Assembly: GCA_002474325.1 (NCBI GenBank)
Contig: DKNL01000297.1
Location: 1-47,893, forward strand
Length of the DNA stretch: 47,893 nucleotides
Origin: Opitutales bacterium UBA7389
Lineage (GTDB): Bacteria; Verrucomicrobiota; Verrucomicrobiia; Opitutales; Opitutaceae
Direction: 5' to 3'
Position numbers and translations under genes: made by a program. Positions 1 to 11,925 of the stretch are shown in pieces (position 1 is the first letter of the stretch; the number at the start of each line of letters is the position of its first letter). Below the pieces are notes generated by a model, which was given only the letters and a program-made list of their open reading frames with translations, searched no databases and was not told the DNA's origin.

Positions 1-23
1 GTCGGGAATATTCGCTTCTAAAG

Positions 24-1436
24 TCAGTGTTTGTGCGGGTCCGCTTCGGGCGTGATTGCTTTGATTTCCGCCATCGCCATCAGGGGGAGGAACCGAAGGA
101 AGAGAAGGAAGAGTACGGAAAAGACCCCGAACGTCCCAACGTAAGTGAAAATATCGATAATCGTAGGCGAATAGTATCCCCAGCTAGAGGGCAGCCAATC
201 ACGAGTAAGCGTAGTCACCGCGATAACGAAACGCTCGAACCACATTCCTATATTTACAAATATGCTTATAATCCACACCCAAGCGGTGTTCTCGCGAATC
301 TTCTTAAACCAGAAGAGCTGCGGAGATATGACATTGCAGGAAATCATGATCCAGTATGCCCAAGCATAGTTTCCAAAGGCCCGATTAACAAAAGCGAATA
401 TCTCGAAGTCGTTGGCTCCATAAGCGGCAATGAAGAACTCCATCGCGTAGGCATAACCAACCATCGATCCAGTGGCCAAGACGATCTTGGTCATGCAATC
501 GATATGGTATTGCGTGATAAGATCCTCGAGACGGTAGATCGCTCGCAGAGGAAGCATCAAGGTAAGCACCATTCCGAATCCGGAAAATATCGCTCCGGCA
601 ACAAAGTAAGGCGGGAAAATGGTCGTATGCCACCCAGGGAGTAAGGAGATGGCGAAGTCGAAGGATACGATCGTGTGAACAGAGAGTACGAGCGGCGTGG
701 ATAGGCCAGCAAGAATCAAGTAGCACATCTCGTAGTTTCGCCAATGGCGATTGGATCCTCTCCAGCCCATAGCGAAGAAACCATAAAGAAATTGGCGGAT
801 CTTGGTCTTTGCGCGGTCGCGTACGGACGCCAAATCCGGGATTAAGCCGACGTACCAGAAAAGTACCGAGACCGTACCATAAGTCGAAACGGCAAATACG
901 TCCCACAACAAAGCTGAACGGAAGTTCGGCCAAATGGCGTTGGCGTTCGGAATTGGGAATAAAAACCAGGCCATCCAAACCCGCCCAACGTGGAATACTG
1001 GAAAGATAGCCGCGCAAACAACCGCGAAAATCGTCATCGCCTCTGCCGCCCGATTTATCGAGGTCCTCCATTTTTGCCGTAGTAAACAGAGAATCGCGGA
1101 AATCAGCGTACCCGCATGGCCGATACCGATCCAGAAAACAAAGTTGACGATAGCCCAACCCCAATTCGCTGGATTAGCCAATCCCCAAACACCCGTCCCA
1201 GCTGATACGAGATAAATAAGCCCCAAGACTGTAAACGAAGCTGTCGCGCAGGCGACCACGAAGCAGACCCACCACCACGTAGGCGTCTCTTCTTCTACAA
1301 TTCCACAAATTTTCTCGGTTATCCAAGAGAAACTACGATCGTTTTCGACGAGAGCCGGACGGGGGATGTCAACAGGATCCACCTCATCGAGGATAGTCGG
1401 CTTCACTTCGCTCTTTATCGGATTCGCGCTAGCCAT
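24..1436 (-). CDS. actC: Alternative complex III subunit ActC (NrfD/PsrC-family quinol-binding membrane protein)
   Basis: 470 aa polytopic protein. Motifs [73 protein letters not shown] and GMWFERFVI are typical of ActC. Start overlaps the actB stop. Confidence 0.93.
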   Translation of the reverse strand: MASANPIKSEVKPTILDEVDPVDIPRPALVENDRSFSWITEKICGIVEEETPTWWWVCFVVACATASFTVLGLIYLVSAGTGVWGLANPANWGWAIVNFVFWIGIGHAGTLISAILCLLRQKWRTSINRAAEAMTIFAVVCAAIFPVFHVGRVWMAWFLFPIPNANAIWPNFRSALLWDVFAVSTYGTVSVLFWYVGLIPDLASVRDRAKTKIRQFLYGFFAMGWRGSNRHWRNYEMCYLILAGLSTPLVLSVHTIVSFDFAISLLPGWHTTIFPPYFVAGAIFSGFGMVLTLMLPLRAIYRLEDLITQYHIDCMTKIVLATGSMVGYAYAMEFFIAAYGANDFEIFAFVNRAFGNYAWAYWIMISCNVISPQLFWFKKIRENTAWVWIISIFVNIGMWFERFVIAVTTLTRDWLPSSWGYYSPTIIDIFTYVGTFGVFSVLFLLFLRFLPLMAMAEIKAITPEADPHKH

Positions 1437-4400
1437 TAATGGGCTCCTCCATGATCCGAGTGAGAATCGTTGTGTGAATCATCATGATCGTATGAATCGT
1501 TTCCTACGTAATCGCCGCTTTTTTTTGGCTTCGTTGCCTTGTACTCGACCTTGGTTAGCGGCTGATCGTAATAATCCGGCATGTCCGGATTGGGGTTGCG
1601 AAGTTTGGCCAGGTAGGTCGTACGCGGACGGGCGTTCGTGTAGCCCAGCAAAGCGTAGTTCCTCTCGTTGGCTTGCATTTTTGAAACCTCGCTGTCGGGA
1701 TCAGAAAGATCACCAAACGCGACAGCGTCCATCGAGCAAACTTGGGCGCAGGCCACTTTGATGGTGCCATCGGGAATCCGGATGTCGTCGCTATCCCTAG
1801 CTTTTACCTTTTGCTCGATCTTGGCTTGCTGGATACGCTGCACACAATAGGTGCATTTCTCCATGACTCCACGCATTCTGATGGATACATCCGGATTTTG
1901 AGCCATCTGCTGTAGCTCATTCATCCCTTTCGGAGCTAGAGGACCTTCGTAGAGACGGTCGAGGGGACGTTGCTGATAATCAAAGAAATTGAAGCGACGA
2001 ACCTTGTAAGGGCAGTTGTTGGCGCAATAACGGGTTCCGATACAGCGGTTGTAGGCCATAGTGTTGAGACCATCTTCATCATGAACCGTCGCGTTAACTG
2101 GACAAACCGTCTCGCAGGGAGCTGTCTCGCAGTGCATACAACTAATCGGCTGTATGGAAACCTGAGGATCCTCCGGTATAGCCGCCTTATCCAATTTGCC
2201 ATCGTCTTTGGTAACGTCTGAAGAAAAATAGCGATCCAACCGAATCCAGTGCATTTCCCGCCCTCGACGAACCTGATCTCGACCAACGATCGGGATATTG
2301 TTTTCGCTTTGGCAGGCAACGACGCAGGCATTGCATCCTGAGCACACATTGAGGTCGATCGCCATCCCCCATTGATGAACGCCATCATAGTTCGGGTGCT
2401 CGTAAGCAGAACCGCCTCGCGGAGTTTCTTTAGAACGCTCTTGGGCAGGCATACCCTTATCTTCACCCAATATCGGCGGGGAATGGCTTTCCATTCCCAT
2501 TTTTTCCACCCAATTCGGATCGTCAGCGTAATCGTCCAAATTAGATTCACGGATAATCGCCCTCCCCTCCATGGACCAATGCTCCTGCGTATTGGCCAGT
2601 TGGATTGTTTCACCCGTCAGCTCAAGCTTCGCTCCGGAAGCGAAATTCATCGTATCCGCGGAGCGAACTTCGTAAGCGCTGTATCCAGAGTTCGTTCCAA
2701 TCCGACCCGTCTTTTTCCGCCCGTAGCCCAGGGGAAGAATTATGGAATAATTATCCAATCCCGGCAGAATTTGTACGCCTCCAACTACCTCGAATTCGCC
2801 AACTGAGATTTTCGCGACTGGCGAAAAGGAGCGGCCATCACTGACCTTATTAGGATTTTTGCGGGTGATCTGCAAAGCAGAATCCGGCGCGACGATATCC
2901 AATTCACTGGCTAAACGAGGGCTCACATAAATGGCGTTGTCCCAGGTCATTTTCGTCATGGGATCCGGACATTCCTGAAGCCATCCGTTATTGGCGTAAC
3001 GGCCATCGTCGACACTAGGATCCAGAGTAAAAACGACTTCCAAATTGTCTTTGCCTGAAGGGGCTGCAGGCACGTCTATCGAACCAAGCGATTCCGCAAG
3101 GCGCATGCCCGAAATCAATGAGCGATTAATCTTGAAGCCCGAATTTTCCCAGAAACCGTCATGGAGAAATTTATCGAAAGAGCGTCTTTTATTGGAGCCT
3201 ACCTTTTGAAAGGTCTCATAGACGAGACTGCGTCCGTCCGCGTTCTCTTCACCTACTAATCGAGCCAGCACTTCTATCTCCGAAATCCCATCGAAAAGAG
3301 GCGCGATCATAGGTTGCTGCGACAGTAACTCACCCATGTAGGCACGGCCATCCCCCCAAGATTCCAAATAGTGGGCTTGAACGAAGTGGTAGTTGGATTT
3401 TTCCGACGTTTCGTCCTCGTAATACCCCAGTCTAACGACTGTATCAACGGACTCTAGCTCGCCACCAAAATCCAGGTCCGCAGGGGCGTTGTAAACTGGA
3501 TTTCCTCCCGAAACCAGCAACGTGTCTACTTCGCCACTACCGATGGCGTCAACCAGTTCTTGAATCGTGGAAGACTTATCGCTCTCGATCTCGACGAGGT
3601 TCAGCGTACTACCAAGATTCCCCAACTTTTCGTTGATTAGCAATGCGATTCCCTGAGCTTCTTTATCAAGGCTCGGACCTGCATACACTACACTTTCGCC
3701 CTTGAACTGAGCCAAATCCGCGACCGCCCGCCGGACCCACTCCCTTGTCTCTTTATCAAGATTGGACGCGAGTCTTTCAAAAATTGGCTCAAGCACCTCG
3801 CCCTCAACACCTAGCTCTATTTCCAAAGCCGCTGCGGCCAGCACAGAAGTCAATCTGCTCGTGGCGATCCGCTTGCGATGGTCCGCCATCGCGCCCGTTA
3901 GCGTAAACTGACATTCGACCGCGTAGAGACGGCTCATTTTGTCTATCGATGACTTAACCCGTCGGCCATCTGCAAATTGCTTCTTAAGGGCAAGTGAGCC
4001 AGGATCTTCTCCAAGAAAATCGCCCCCCACGCATAGGATGCGCTGAGCTCTTCGCAAATCGTAACTGGGCCTCAGGTTGGCTCCGGCGACGATTGCCGCG
4101 GCTGATTGAGCCTGATCCGTATCCACCGGTTCATACTCAGCCCAAATAGCGTCTGGATACGCTTTCTGAAACATCTCCTTTAGACGGGCTCGAGTGGGCG
4201 ACGAGGACTTTTCCGCAAGGACGGCAACCCGCTTTCCCTTTGCATCTACAAACGATTTTCGCAGGACTTCTAGGGCATCTAGGGCTTCCTCCTTAGAGAT
4301 TGTAGATCCATTCTTTGAATACCTCGTGGATCTGTCAGGGTCGTAGAGCTCGAGAATCGACGCTTGGGCCTTAGCCCCTGTTCCTCCATTGTAGTAGCTG

Positions 4401-4786
4401 AAGACGTCGTTTCCCCCGACTTTAGTGGGGCGTCCCGAATGCGTTTCCACCAGCAAGGGAATGCTTTCTCCTCGGAGCGAATACGAAGTCGCGTAGTAGA
4501 GTGGTCTACCGGGGATTTGGTATTCAGGCGCTTTCGAATGAGGAAGAATCTTGGATTCTGGGCGTCGGCAGCCCGTAAACCCCAATCCGCCCAACGCGAA
4601 TGAGGCCGCCATGATTTTGAAGAAATGGCGTCGGTCGACCTCGTTCATTTCCGAGGCTTCCGGGCCGAATTCCCTTTGCACTTGATCAATGAAGTCCGGC
4701 GATTGGGAAAGATCGTCGAGGCTGCGCCAATAGCGCGGTCCAGTTTGTTCGGCCTTGGTGGGAGGAGATGTGTTAATCGGTTTCAT
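1436..4786 (-). CDS. actB: Alternative complex III subunit ActB (Tat-exported molybdopterin-oxidoreductase-like domain fused to a 4Fe-4S ferredoxin domain)
   Basis: N-terminal YWRSLDDL, Tat motif RRHFFK and lipobox-like GFTGC. Also [18 protein letters not shown] and C-terminal Fe-S motifs [44 protein letters not shown]...CAQVC. Confidence 0.93.
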   Translation of the reverse strand: MKPINTSPPTKAEQTGPRYWRSLDDLSQSPDFIDQVQREFGPEASEMNEVDRRHFFKIMAASFALGGLGFTGCRRPESKILPHSKAPEYQIPGRPLYYATSYSLRGESIPLLVETHSGRPTKVGGNDVFSYYNGGTGAKAQASILELYDPDRSTRYSKNGSTISKEEALDALEVLRKSFVDAKGKRVAVLAEKSSSPTRARLKEMFQKAYPDAIWAEYEPVDTDQAQSAAAIVAGANLRPSYDLRRAQRILCVGGDFLGEDPGSLALKKQFADGRRVKSSIDKMSRLYAVECQFTLTGAMADHRKRIATSRLTSVLAAAALEIELGVEGEVLEPIFERLASNLDKETREWVRRAVADLAQFKGESVVYAGPSLDKEAQGIALLINEKLGNLGSTLNLVEIESDKSSTIQELVDAIGSGEVDTLLVSGGNPVYNAPADLDFGGELESVDTVVRLGYYEDETSEKSNYHFVQAHYLESWGDGRAYMGELLSQQPMIAPLFDGISEIEVLARLVGEENADGRSLVYETFQKVGSNKRRSFDKFLHDGFWENSGFKINRSLISGMRLAESLGSIDVPAAPSGKDNLEVVFTLDPSVDDGRYANNGWLQECPDPMTKMTWDNAIYVSPRLASELDIVAPDSALQITRKNPNKVSDGRSFSPVAKISVGEFEVVGGVQILPGLDNYSIILPLGYGRKKTGRIGTNSGYSAYEVRSADTMNFASGAKLELTGETIQLANTQEHWSMEGRAIIRESNLDDYADDPNWVEKMGMESHSPPILGEDKGMPAQERSKETPRGGSAYEHPNYDGVHQWGMAIDLNVCSGCNACVVACQSENNIPIVGRDQVRRGREMHWIRLDRYFSSDVTKDDGKLDKAAIPEDPQVSIQPISCMHCETAPCETVCPVNATVHDEDGLNTMAYNRCIGTRYCANNCPYKVRRFNFFDYQQRPLDRLYEGPLAPKGMNELQQMAQNPDVSIRMRGVMEKCTYCVQRIQQAKIEQKVKARDSDDIRIPDGTIKVACAQVCSMDAVAFGDLSDPDSEVSKMQANERNYALLGYTNARPRTTYLAKLRNPNPDMPDYYDQPLTKVEYKATKPKKSGDYVGNDSYDHDDSHNDSHSDHGGAH

Positions 4787-5439
4787 CGGTGGCAGCCTGA
4801 ACAGCTTTGCGGCGGGTTAATTTTCCACTCTTCGACGAACTTCAGCCCGTCTTCGATCTGACCTTTCTCACCTCCTGGGTGAACCCAATCCAAGTTGGTT
4901 ATTTGATCCAGTGGACGGAGAGCTTCCTCCGGATGGCGATGGCAATCCAGGCACCATCCCATGCTAAGTGACTGGTCGTGGCGAACCACTTCCATTTCGT
5001 CAACCTTGCCATGGCACTCAACACAGGAAACGCCTCGATTCACGTGAACCGAGTGATCAAAGTAAACGTAGTCCGGAGTCTCATGCACCCTAACCCATTG
5101 AATGGGCTCGCCAGATGCGTAGCTAGCTCGGACCGGCTCCAGCAAATCGCTGTCTGTCTTTATCATGCTATGACAAGACATACAGGTGCTCGCCGCGGGG
5201 ATATTGGCATGGCCCGACTCTTCAACGTTATTGTGACAATACCGGCAATCCAATCCTAACTCGCCTACATGGAAGCTATGATCGTAAGGGACGGGCTGAG
5301 AAGGTTCGTAGCCGACCCTAGTGTAGTTCGGCGTAGCATAGTACGTGACGCCAGAGACGACCGCCGCTGCAAGGATCAAAAGAAAAACGATCAGCTTGAG
5401 CGGAAGGGAGTTAGACCACTTTGGGAAAAGATTAGACAT
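4783..5439 (-). CDS. actA: Alternative complex III pentaheme cytochrome c subunit ActA
   Basis: N-terminal TM helix and five CxxCH motifs (CRYCH, CMSCH, CVECH, CLDCH, CSGCH). PxQPVPYDH and PDYVYFDHSVHV motifs present. Lies directly upstream of actB. Confidence 0.93.
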   Translation of the reverse strand: MSNLFPKWSNSLPLKLIVFLLILAAAVVSGVTYYATPNYTRVGYEPSQPVPYDHSFHVGELGLDCRYCHNNVEESGHANIPAASTCMSCHSMIKTDSDLLEPVRASYASGEPIQWVRVHETPDYVYFDHSVHVNRGVSCVECHGKVDEMEVVRHDQSLSMGWCLDCHRHPEEALRPLDQITNLDWVHPGGEKGQIEDGLKFVEEWKINPPQSCSGCHR

Positions 5440-5854
5440 GTCGCGAAATTCGTTGTCGCTCTAATTAGACGCCCTTTTCATACCACGATTGGTCAGCATT
5501 TCCCTCCGGGAACCGCTTGAAGATCCGGACGCGATTCGATTACAGTCCCATTCCTTCTTTCGTTTGCCAAATTCGCTCCCAGCCAATTCGGCAATGCTAA
5601 AGCCCACAGAGCCGCAGCACACACCTCGGCTAAGAAATATTTTCGAGAATTTTCGGAACTCACTATTCTGAGAAAGGTCGGTTTTGGATTTCGGAGTGAA
5701 GGCAAGCCCATGTAAATAGCAATGAAAATGTGGCCACTTTCCCCTTCTCTAAGAAAGGTTATTAGACGATCGTTACCGCAGGGTTCGATTTTCTAATAGT
5801 GGCGCATTGAATACCTGGACCAAATGCGATTCGGGCCCTCCTAACCCGGCTTCC

Positions 5855-6559
5855 TCAATCTATGAATTGGCCATCCTGCATCCTCAAGATGCGATCGCAC
5901 CTGCCCGCCAATTCCGGATTGTGTGTAACGATCAAAACCGCTTGACCTTTCTCTGTTGCCAATTGCGTTAGCGACTGGAAAACCATTAACGAATTTTTAA
6001 CATCGAGGTTTCCTGTAGGCTCATCGGCTAGCAAAACGCTCGGCAAGTTTGCCAGCGAACGGGCAATCGCTACGCGTTGTTGCTCCCCACCAGACAATTG
6101 AGAAGGTAGCCGGTGTGTCTTATCGCCCAAGCCAACATCGCTCAGCAGCGAACGGGCTCGATCTTCCATTTCCTGATCGGCCAATCTTCCCAGCTTCCGC
6201 ATTGGAAGCATGACGTTTTCCGCTGCGCTAAATTCCGGGATTAAAAAGTGGAACTGGAACACGAAACCAATATGCTCTCCTCTTGTACGGGTGTGGGCTC
6301 CATCTTTATCCGGTGGAACCTCTTCCCCATTGATCAGTATCTGTCCCGAATCTTGGCGATCCAACAGTCCGAGTAAATATAGTAGCGTGCTTTTTCCGCA
6401 ACCGGAAGGCCCAACGATCGCGGATACTTCCCCCTGATAGAGTTTGAGATTAACTCCGCGCAACACATGCACCCTCATTTCCCTTTCTCCCAAATGCTTG
6501 TGAAGATCTCGACACTCCAAAGCGATACTCTTTCCTTCCAAATCAGTTGTCTCGCTCAC
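5855..6559 (-). CDS. lolD: LolD-like ABC transporter ATP-binding protein
   Basis: Walker [18 protein letters not shown], signature [19 protein letters not shown], and H-loop VTH. Coupled to the upstream LolC/E-type permease. Confidence 0.8.
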   Translation of the reverse strand: MSETTDLEGKSIALECRDLHKHLGEREMRVHVLRGVNLKLYQGEVSAIVGPSGCGKSTLLYLLGLLDRQDSGQILINGEEVPPDKDGAHTRTRGEHIGFVFQFHFLIPEFSAAENVMLPMRKLGRLADQEMEDRARSLLSDVGLGDKTHRLPSQLSGGEQQRVAIARSLANLPSVLLADEPTGNLDVKNSLMVFQSLTQLATEKGQAVLIVTHNPELAGRCDRILRMQDGQFID

Positions 6560-7809
6560 GTTACTGTCCCTCTAATCACATCGCCTGGCACTAGCCTTCC
6601 CGCCCGCCTGGCAGGAGCTAGACTGGCAACCATAACGATCACTATCGCGGCTACTACCGCCTGAATATAATGCCACACGGTGGAATTAACCTGGAAATAT
6701 TCGGTGGCGAAAATGCCAGAAAGCGGCATGGGCAATCTCGATATTCCGTAAGTTATCAAGCCTCCCAAAAAACAGCCCAATATGGCACCCCAGAACAGAA
6801 CAATCGCGCCCTGCCAAAGAAAAATATTCGAGATATCGCTCCGTGTATACCCCATCGACCTAAGGATAGCGATTTCCCGAGTCTTATCCATGACGATCAT
6901 AAATAGAGTGCTGAACATCCCTAAGCCGGATACAATGATAATTGTAGATACCGTTATCGCCGCTGAAAGCTTCAAGGTCTTGAATAGCTGCATCCATGAC
7001 TTCTCTCGCTCTTGCCAGGGAGTCGTAAAGTGATTCGCAACGCGCTCGATTACTTCCGCATCTACAACAGCATGATCGCGATCGAAAATACTTACCTGGA
7101 TAAAGCTAACGCCATGAGGCTTTTTCAGCAGAGATCGAGCGGCGCTCATGTGCATAAAAACGCGCGTTTTGTCGAGATCCGATACACCAGTTTCGAATAT
7201 AGCGGATATCGTAAATCTACGCTGCTGATCGATTGCTCGAATAATGACTGATTCTCCCACAGTTACGTCGAGCCGTCCTGCCATTTTGTGCCCCATTATG
7301 ATCCCCATCGGGGCCGTCCGGAAGTCGACAAGGGACCCGTGTTGTATTTGGTCTTCCAATGCAGATACGGCGATATGGTCGTCTAAGTTAATACCATACA
7401 CCTGGCCATTGTCCTTACGTAACGGGCTCTCCAATTGTATGGTTCCCTTAATAACAGGAGAAGCCGCTTCTACATTTTGCAGCTGCATTATCGACTCGAT
7501 AACCTTGTCGGGGTGCTCGACCCCTTCGACAAAGCGGCGGTTCTTTTCGTCGGTTATGAAAAAATTAGTACGATCCCCTTTCGATGTGGAGGCGGCGACG
7601 AACACATAAGAATCCTGAATTCGATCCTCGATTCGAATGGCGCCATCCGTTCCCAGGATCGTTTCGATAAAAAGCTCTTGATAGCCGGTAAGCTGGGCCT
7701 GAGTGGAGATAAAGAACCCCACCCCAAACACGATACCTGCTAGGCTCATCAACATGGACCGCTTTTTTGCCAAAAGAAATCGGATCGCTATTCTAAAATT
7801 GGGTGACAT
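6556..7809 (-). CDS. LolC/E (MacB/FtsX-type) ABC permease, probable lipoprotein-releasing system
   Basis: N-terminal 'FRIAIRFLLAKKR' helix, TM1, a large periplasmic domain, VMDKTREIAILRSMG motif, C-terminal TMs and PARRAGRL. Overlaps lolD. Confidence 0.8.
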   Translation of the reverse strand: MSPNFRIAIRFLLAKKRSMLMSLAGIVFGVGFFISTQAQLTGYQELFIETILGTDGAIRIEDRIQDSYVFVAASTSKGDRTNFFITDEKNRRFVEGVEHPDKVIESIMQLQNVEAASPVIKGTIQLESPLRKDNGQVYGINLDDHIAVSALEDQIQHGSLVDFRTAPMGIIMGHKMAGRLDVTVGESVIIRAIDQQRRFTISAIFETGVSDLDKTRVFMHMSAARSLLKKPHGVSFIQVSIFDRDHAVVDAEVIERVANHFTTPWQEREKSWMQLFKTLKLSAAITVSTIIIVSGLGMFSTLFMIVMDKTREIAILRSMGYTRSDISNIFLWQGAIVLFWGAILGCFLGGLITYGISRLPMPLSGIFATEYFQVNSTVWHYIQAVVAAIVIVMVASLAPARRAGRLVPGDVIRGTVT

Positions 7810-8200
7810 CTCTTTCGAAGAATAGATGGGTTAGCTATCAAGAAGCCATTGTCTGAAGCCATTGACCACAAGCATAATTTCAAGTTTCCATTCCGCCTAC
7901 CCGCAACTGCTAATGTTTAGCTATTTTCGACTACGACTAAAGCTCGCGATATTAGCACTCTATGAATCGCTTACCCGCCGCGGCTACGCCATCGCGTTCA
8001 CGGGTCTACAGATATAGTTGGTTATCTGGAGATCGTAGTACGTTCCTTGCGAAGCATTGAATCTCTTCTTGAGACCACAGGGCGCCGATCAGAGGATGCC
8101 AAGAGCATTCTCGATTCCATCTGCGGATCAGGCAGGGCAATTCGGAATATAGATCCCAAAGGCCATGATCTCGTCATACTTGCCAAGTCCTAAATGGCGC

Positions 8201-9457
8201 TCAACCCGTCGAAAGCGAGTTACTAAGCTGAAACACGGCAGAAATGATCCCAAAGGCGATCATTCCCACCATCCCGAAAACCCCTAATAGGACTCCCGTT
8301 GAAATAACGCCTAACATGGTCTTAACGAAACGGTCGATTACCTCTTTATATTGTTGAGACATTCGCCTCAGACCCGGGACTACGTCACCTGTGTTTTCGC
8401 CCACCGTAAAAATGTCTAGGGCCATATCGTCGAAATAGCCCGTCGACTTAAAGGCGGAAGACAATGGAACCCCTTCCGTAACCTTGACTCTGGCTCCTCC
8501 GAAGGCTTCGCACATAGCGACATTAGACAGCGAACGCTCGGCCATTGCCAAGGCTTGAACCATTATGATGCCATTTTCCAAGAGGAGCGACAGCGTCTGG
8601 GTAAATTGCAGGATCTGTATATCGCGGATGATTTTTCCCGCTCCAGGAACACGAAGGGTTATCGAATCGAATTTGTAGCGACCGGCATTCGATTTTCGCC
8701 ACGAGATTAATCCGCCGACTACGAGAGCGATGCCGATCGCCGCAATCCAGCCGTATTTCAGCAACCCATTGGCCAAAGCTATAAGCAAAGTAGTCGATGC
8801 TGGTAAGTCGCTTCCAAGAGATTCCAACAACCCTTCAATTCTTGGAAGCAAGCTAAACAAGAAAAGGAATACCAATCCAATCGCAACGACGATGAGAAAA
8901 CAAGGATAAGACAAGGCAGCCATTAGTTTTCCGCGGATCACTTTTTGCTCTTCCATACTCTCGACGATGCGAGCCAGCACTTTTTTGAGGTTTCCGGTGG
9001 CTTCACCCGCCTGCACAAGACTAACTACACTCTCATTGAAAACTTTAAGCTGTTTTCGCATGGCTTCCGACAAGGACCGACCTTGCCGTAACTCATCCCA
9101 AAGTTGAGTAGCCAAATATTTCTGTCGCGGATCGCTCATACGTGAACTCATCATTCTAAGTGCATCCGCAGACTGGATACCACAATTCAGCAATTCGCGA
9201 AGCCCTGAGAGAAAAGGTAAGGCAACGCTCCGATTGAGCAACACCTTGCTACCCTTGCTGGCTTTTGTCGTGAAGAGACCAAAAAGCCCTAGCCCGCTCT
9301 TCTTTTTGGATACGCCTGCCACCGCTTCTTGAACCGAGAGCGGTCTCAACTTCTGAGCGACTATCTTCTGCAGCGCCGCTTTACGGTTAACCGCATCGAT
9401 AGACCCACGTATGGATGTCCCGCTTGGATCTTTGGCACTATAAGTAAAATTGGGCAC
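8201..9457 (-). CDS. gspF: Type II secretion inner-membrane platform protein GspF/PilC
   Basis: GTG start MPNFTYSAKD. Two T2SSF repeats (GRSLSEAM...AGEATGNL; GVPLSSAF...VGENTGDV), the ALSYP motif and 3 TMs. Confidence 0.9.
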   Translation of the reverse strand: MPNFTYSAKDPSGTSIRGSIDAVNRKAALQKIVAQKLRPLSVQEAVAGVSKKKSGLGLFGLFTTKASKGSKVLLNRSVALPFLSGLRELLNCGIQSADALRMMSSRMSDPRQKYLATQLWDELRQGRSLSEAMRKQLKVFNESVVSLVQAGEATGNLKKVLARIVESMEEQKVIRGKLMAALSYPCFLIVVAIGLVFLFLFSLLPRIEGLLESLGSDLPASTTLLIALANGLLKYGWIAAIGIALVVGGLISWRKSNAGRYKFDSITLRVPGAGKIIRDIQILQFTQTLSLLLENGIIMVQALAMAERSLSNVAMCEAFGGARVKVTEGVPLSSAFKSTGYFDDMALDIFTVGENTGDVVPGLRRMSQQYKEVIDRFVKTMLGVISTGVLLGVFGMVGMIAFGIISAVFQLSNSLSTG

Positions 9458-9516
9458 GTTTTCTGAAGAGTGAAAGTAGAATTAACACTGAAGAAGTAAC
9501 AAATTGAGTTCGGATT

Positions 9517-9577
9517 GCAGGAGCGGCTTTAAGTTGCGAATTGGACATATCTCATCGTGGCGTGAAGCCGCTCCTAC
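9517..9577. repeat. Inverted REP-like doublet (GTAG family, REPIN-like)
   Basis: GCAGGAGCGGCTT at 9517-9529 and AAGCCGCTCCTAC at 9565-9577 are inverted, 12 of 13 matching. The minus-strand arm reads GTAGGAGCGGCTTCACGCCACGA. Confidence 0.65.
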
Positions 9578-9640
9578 TTGATATGATGCCACATCAGTTT
9601 TCCCCAACTCACCTTCTTCGTTCCTCCTCCATAATTCACC

Positions 9641-11325
<1,685 letters not shown>

Positions 11326-11326
<1 letters not shown>

Positions 11327-11916
11327 TAGTTGAAACCTCGAGGATCGTCCTCGATGATGTCTCGTCGCAAAGCTCGTCGGCGACGGATTTCCTCAGCAAC
11401 ACGCTGCATGCGCTCACGCACTTCTTCATCACTCGCGGCTTCGATGTTGGGATTCGCGGGCTGCCTTACCGGGTTCGCTGTTGCCGGAGCCGTGCGCTGA
11501 GTCACCCTTTGCGGAGCTCGCTGAGGCACTTCCGCCAAAGCGATTATATCAGCGTCCTTTAAACTAAGATTACGAGTTAGTCCATTCTGCCTAACCACGA
11601 TCGTCTCTTCACCAGGCTTACTACCGCGATCGTACCCCACCAGTTGGAATCCATCTTCGCCATCCACGTCTTGCCTCAATCGATAGATCTTCTTCGATTT
11701 TGTGTCATAAAGACTCAACCAGGCTACTCCGCCGATTTCGATCACTCCACGAAACTCGACCGAGTCCAAAGGAGTGACCGGTGTCGCTTTCGGTTGGACT
11801 TTCGGCTGGACATTTTGAGAAGGCGGGACAAACGGAGACGCCGCTTCCTGGGCGTCGAGCGGAGCCCATCCAATGAGGATGAACACCAAGGTAAAAAGTT
11901 TCCCGTTTAACTCCAT
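11326..11916 (-). CDS. Probable GspC/PilP-like (HR domain) T2SS accessory protein
   Basis: Hydrophobic N-terminus, Pro-rich linker (ASPFVPPS), a beta-rich segment VEFRGVIEIGG...GFQLVGYD resembling an HR/PilP domain, and an Arg/Glu-rich C-terminal helix. Sits between gspD and gspE. Confidence 0.55.
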
Positions 11917-11925
11917 TATTGGATA

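Noticed and set aside
5493-5711. 72-aa ORF upstream of actA
   Set aside because: No heme motif or similarity to ACIII subunits. More likely promoter/leader DNA, though it cannot be fully excluded.
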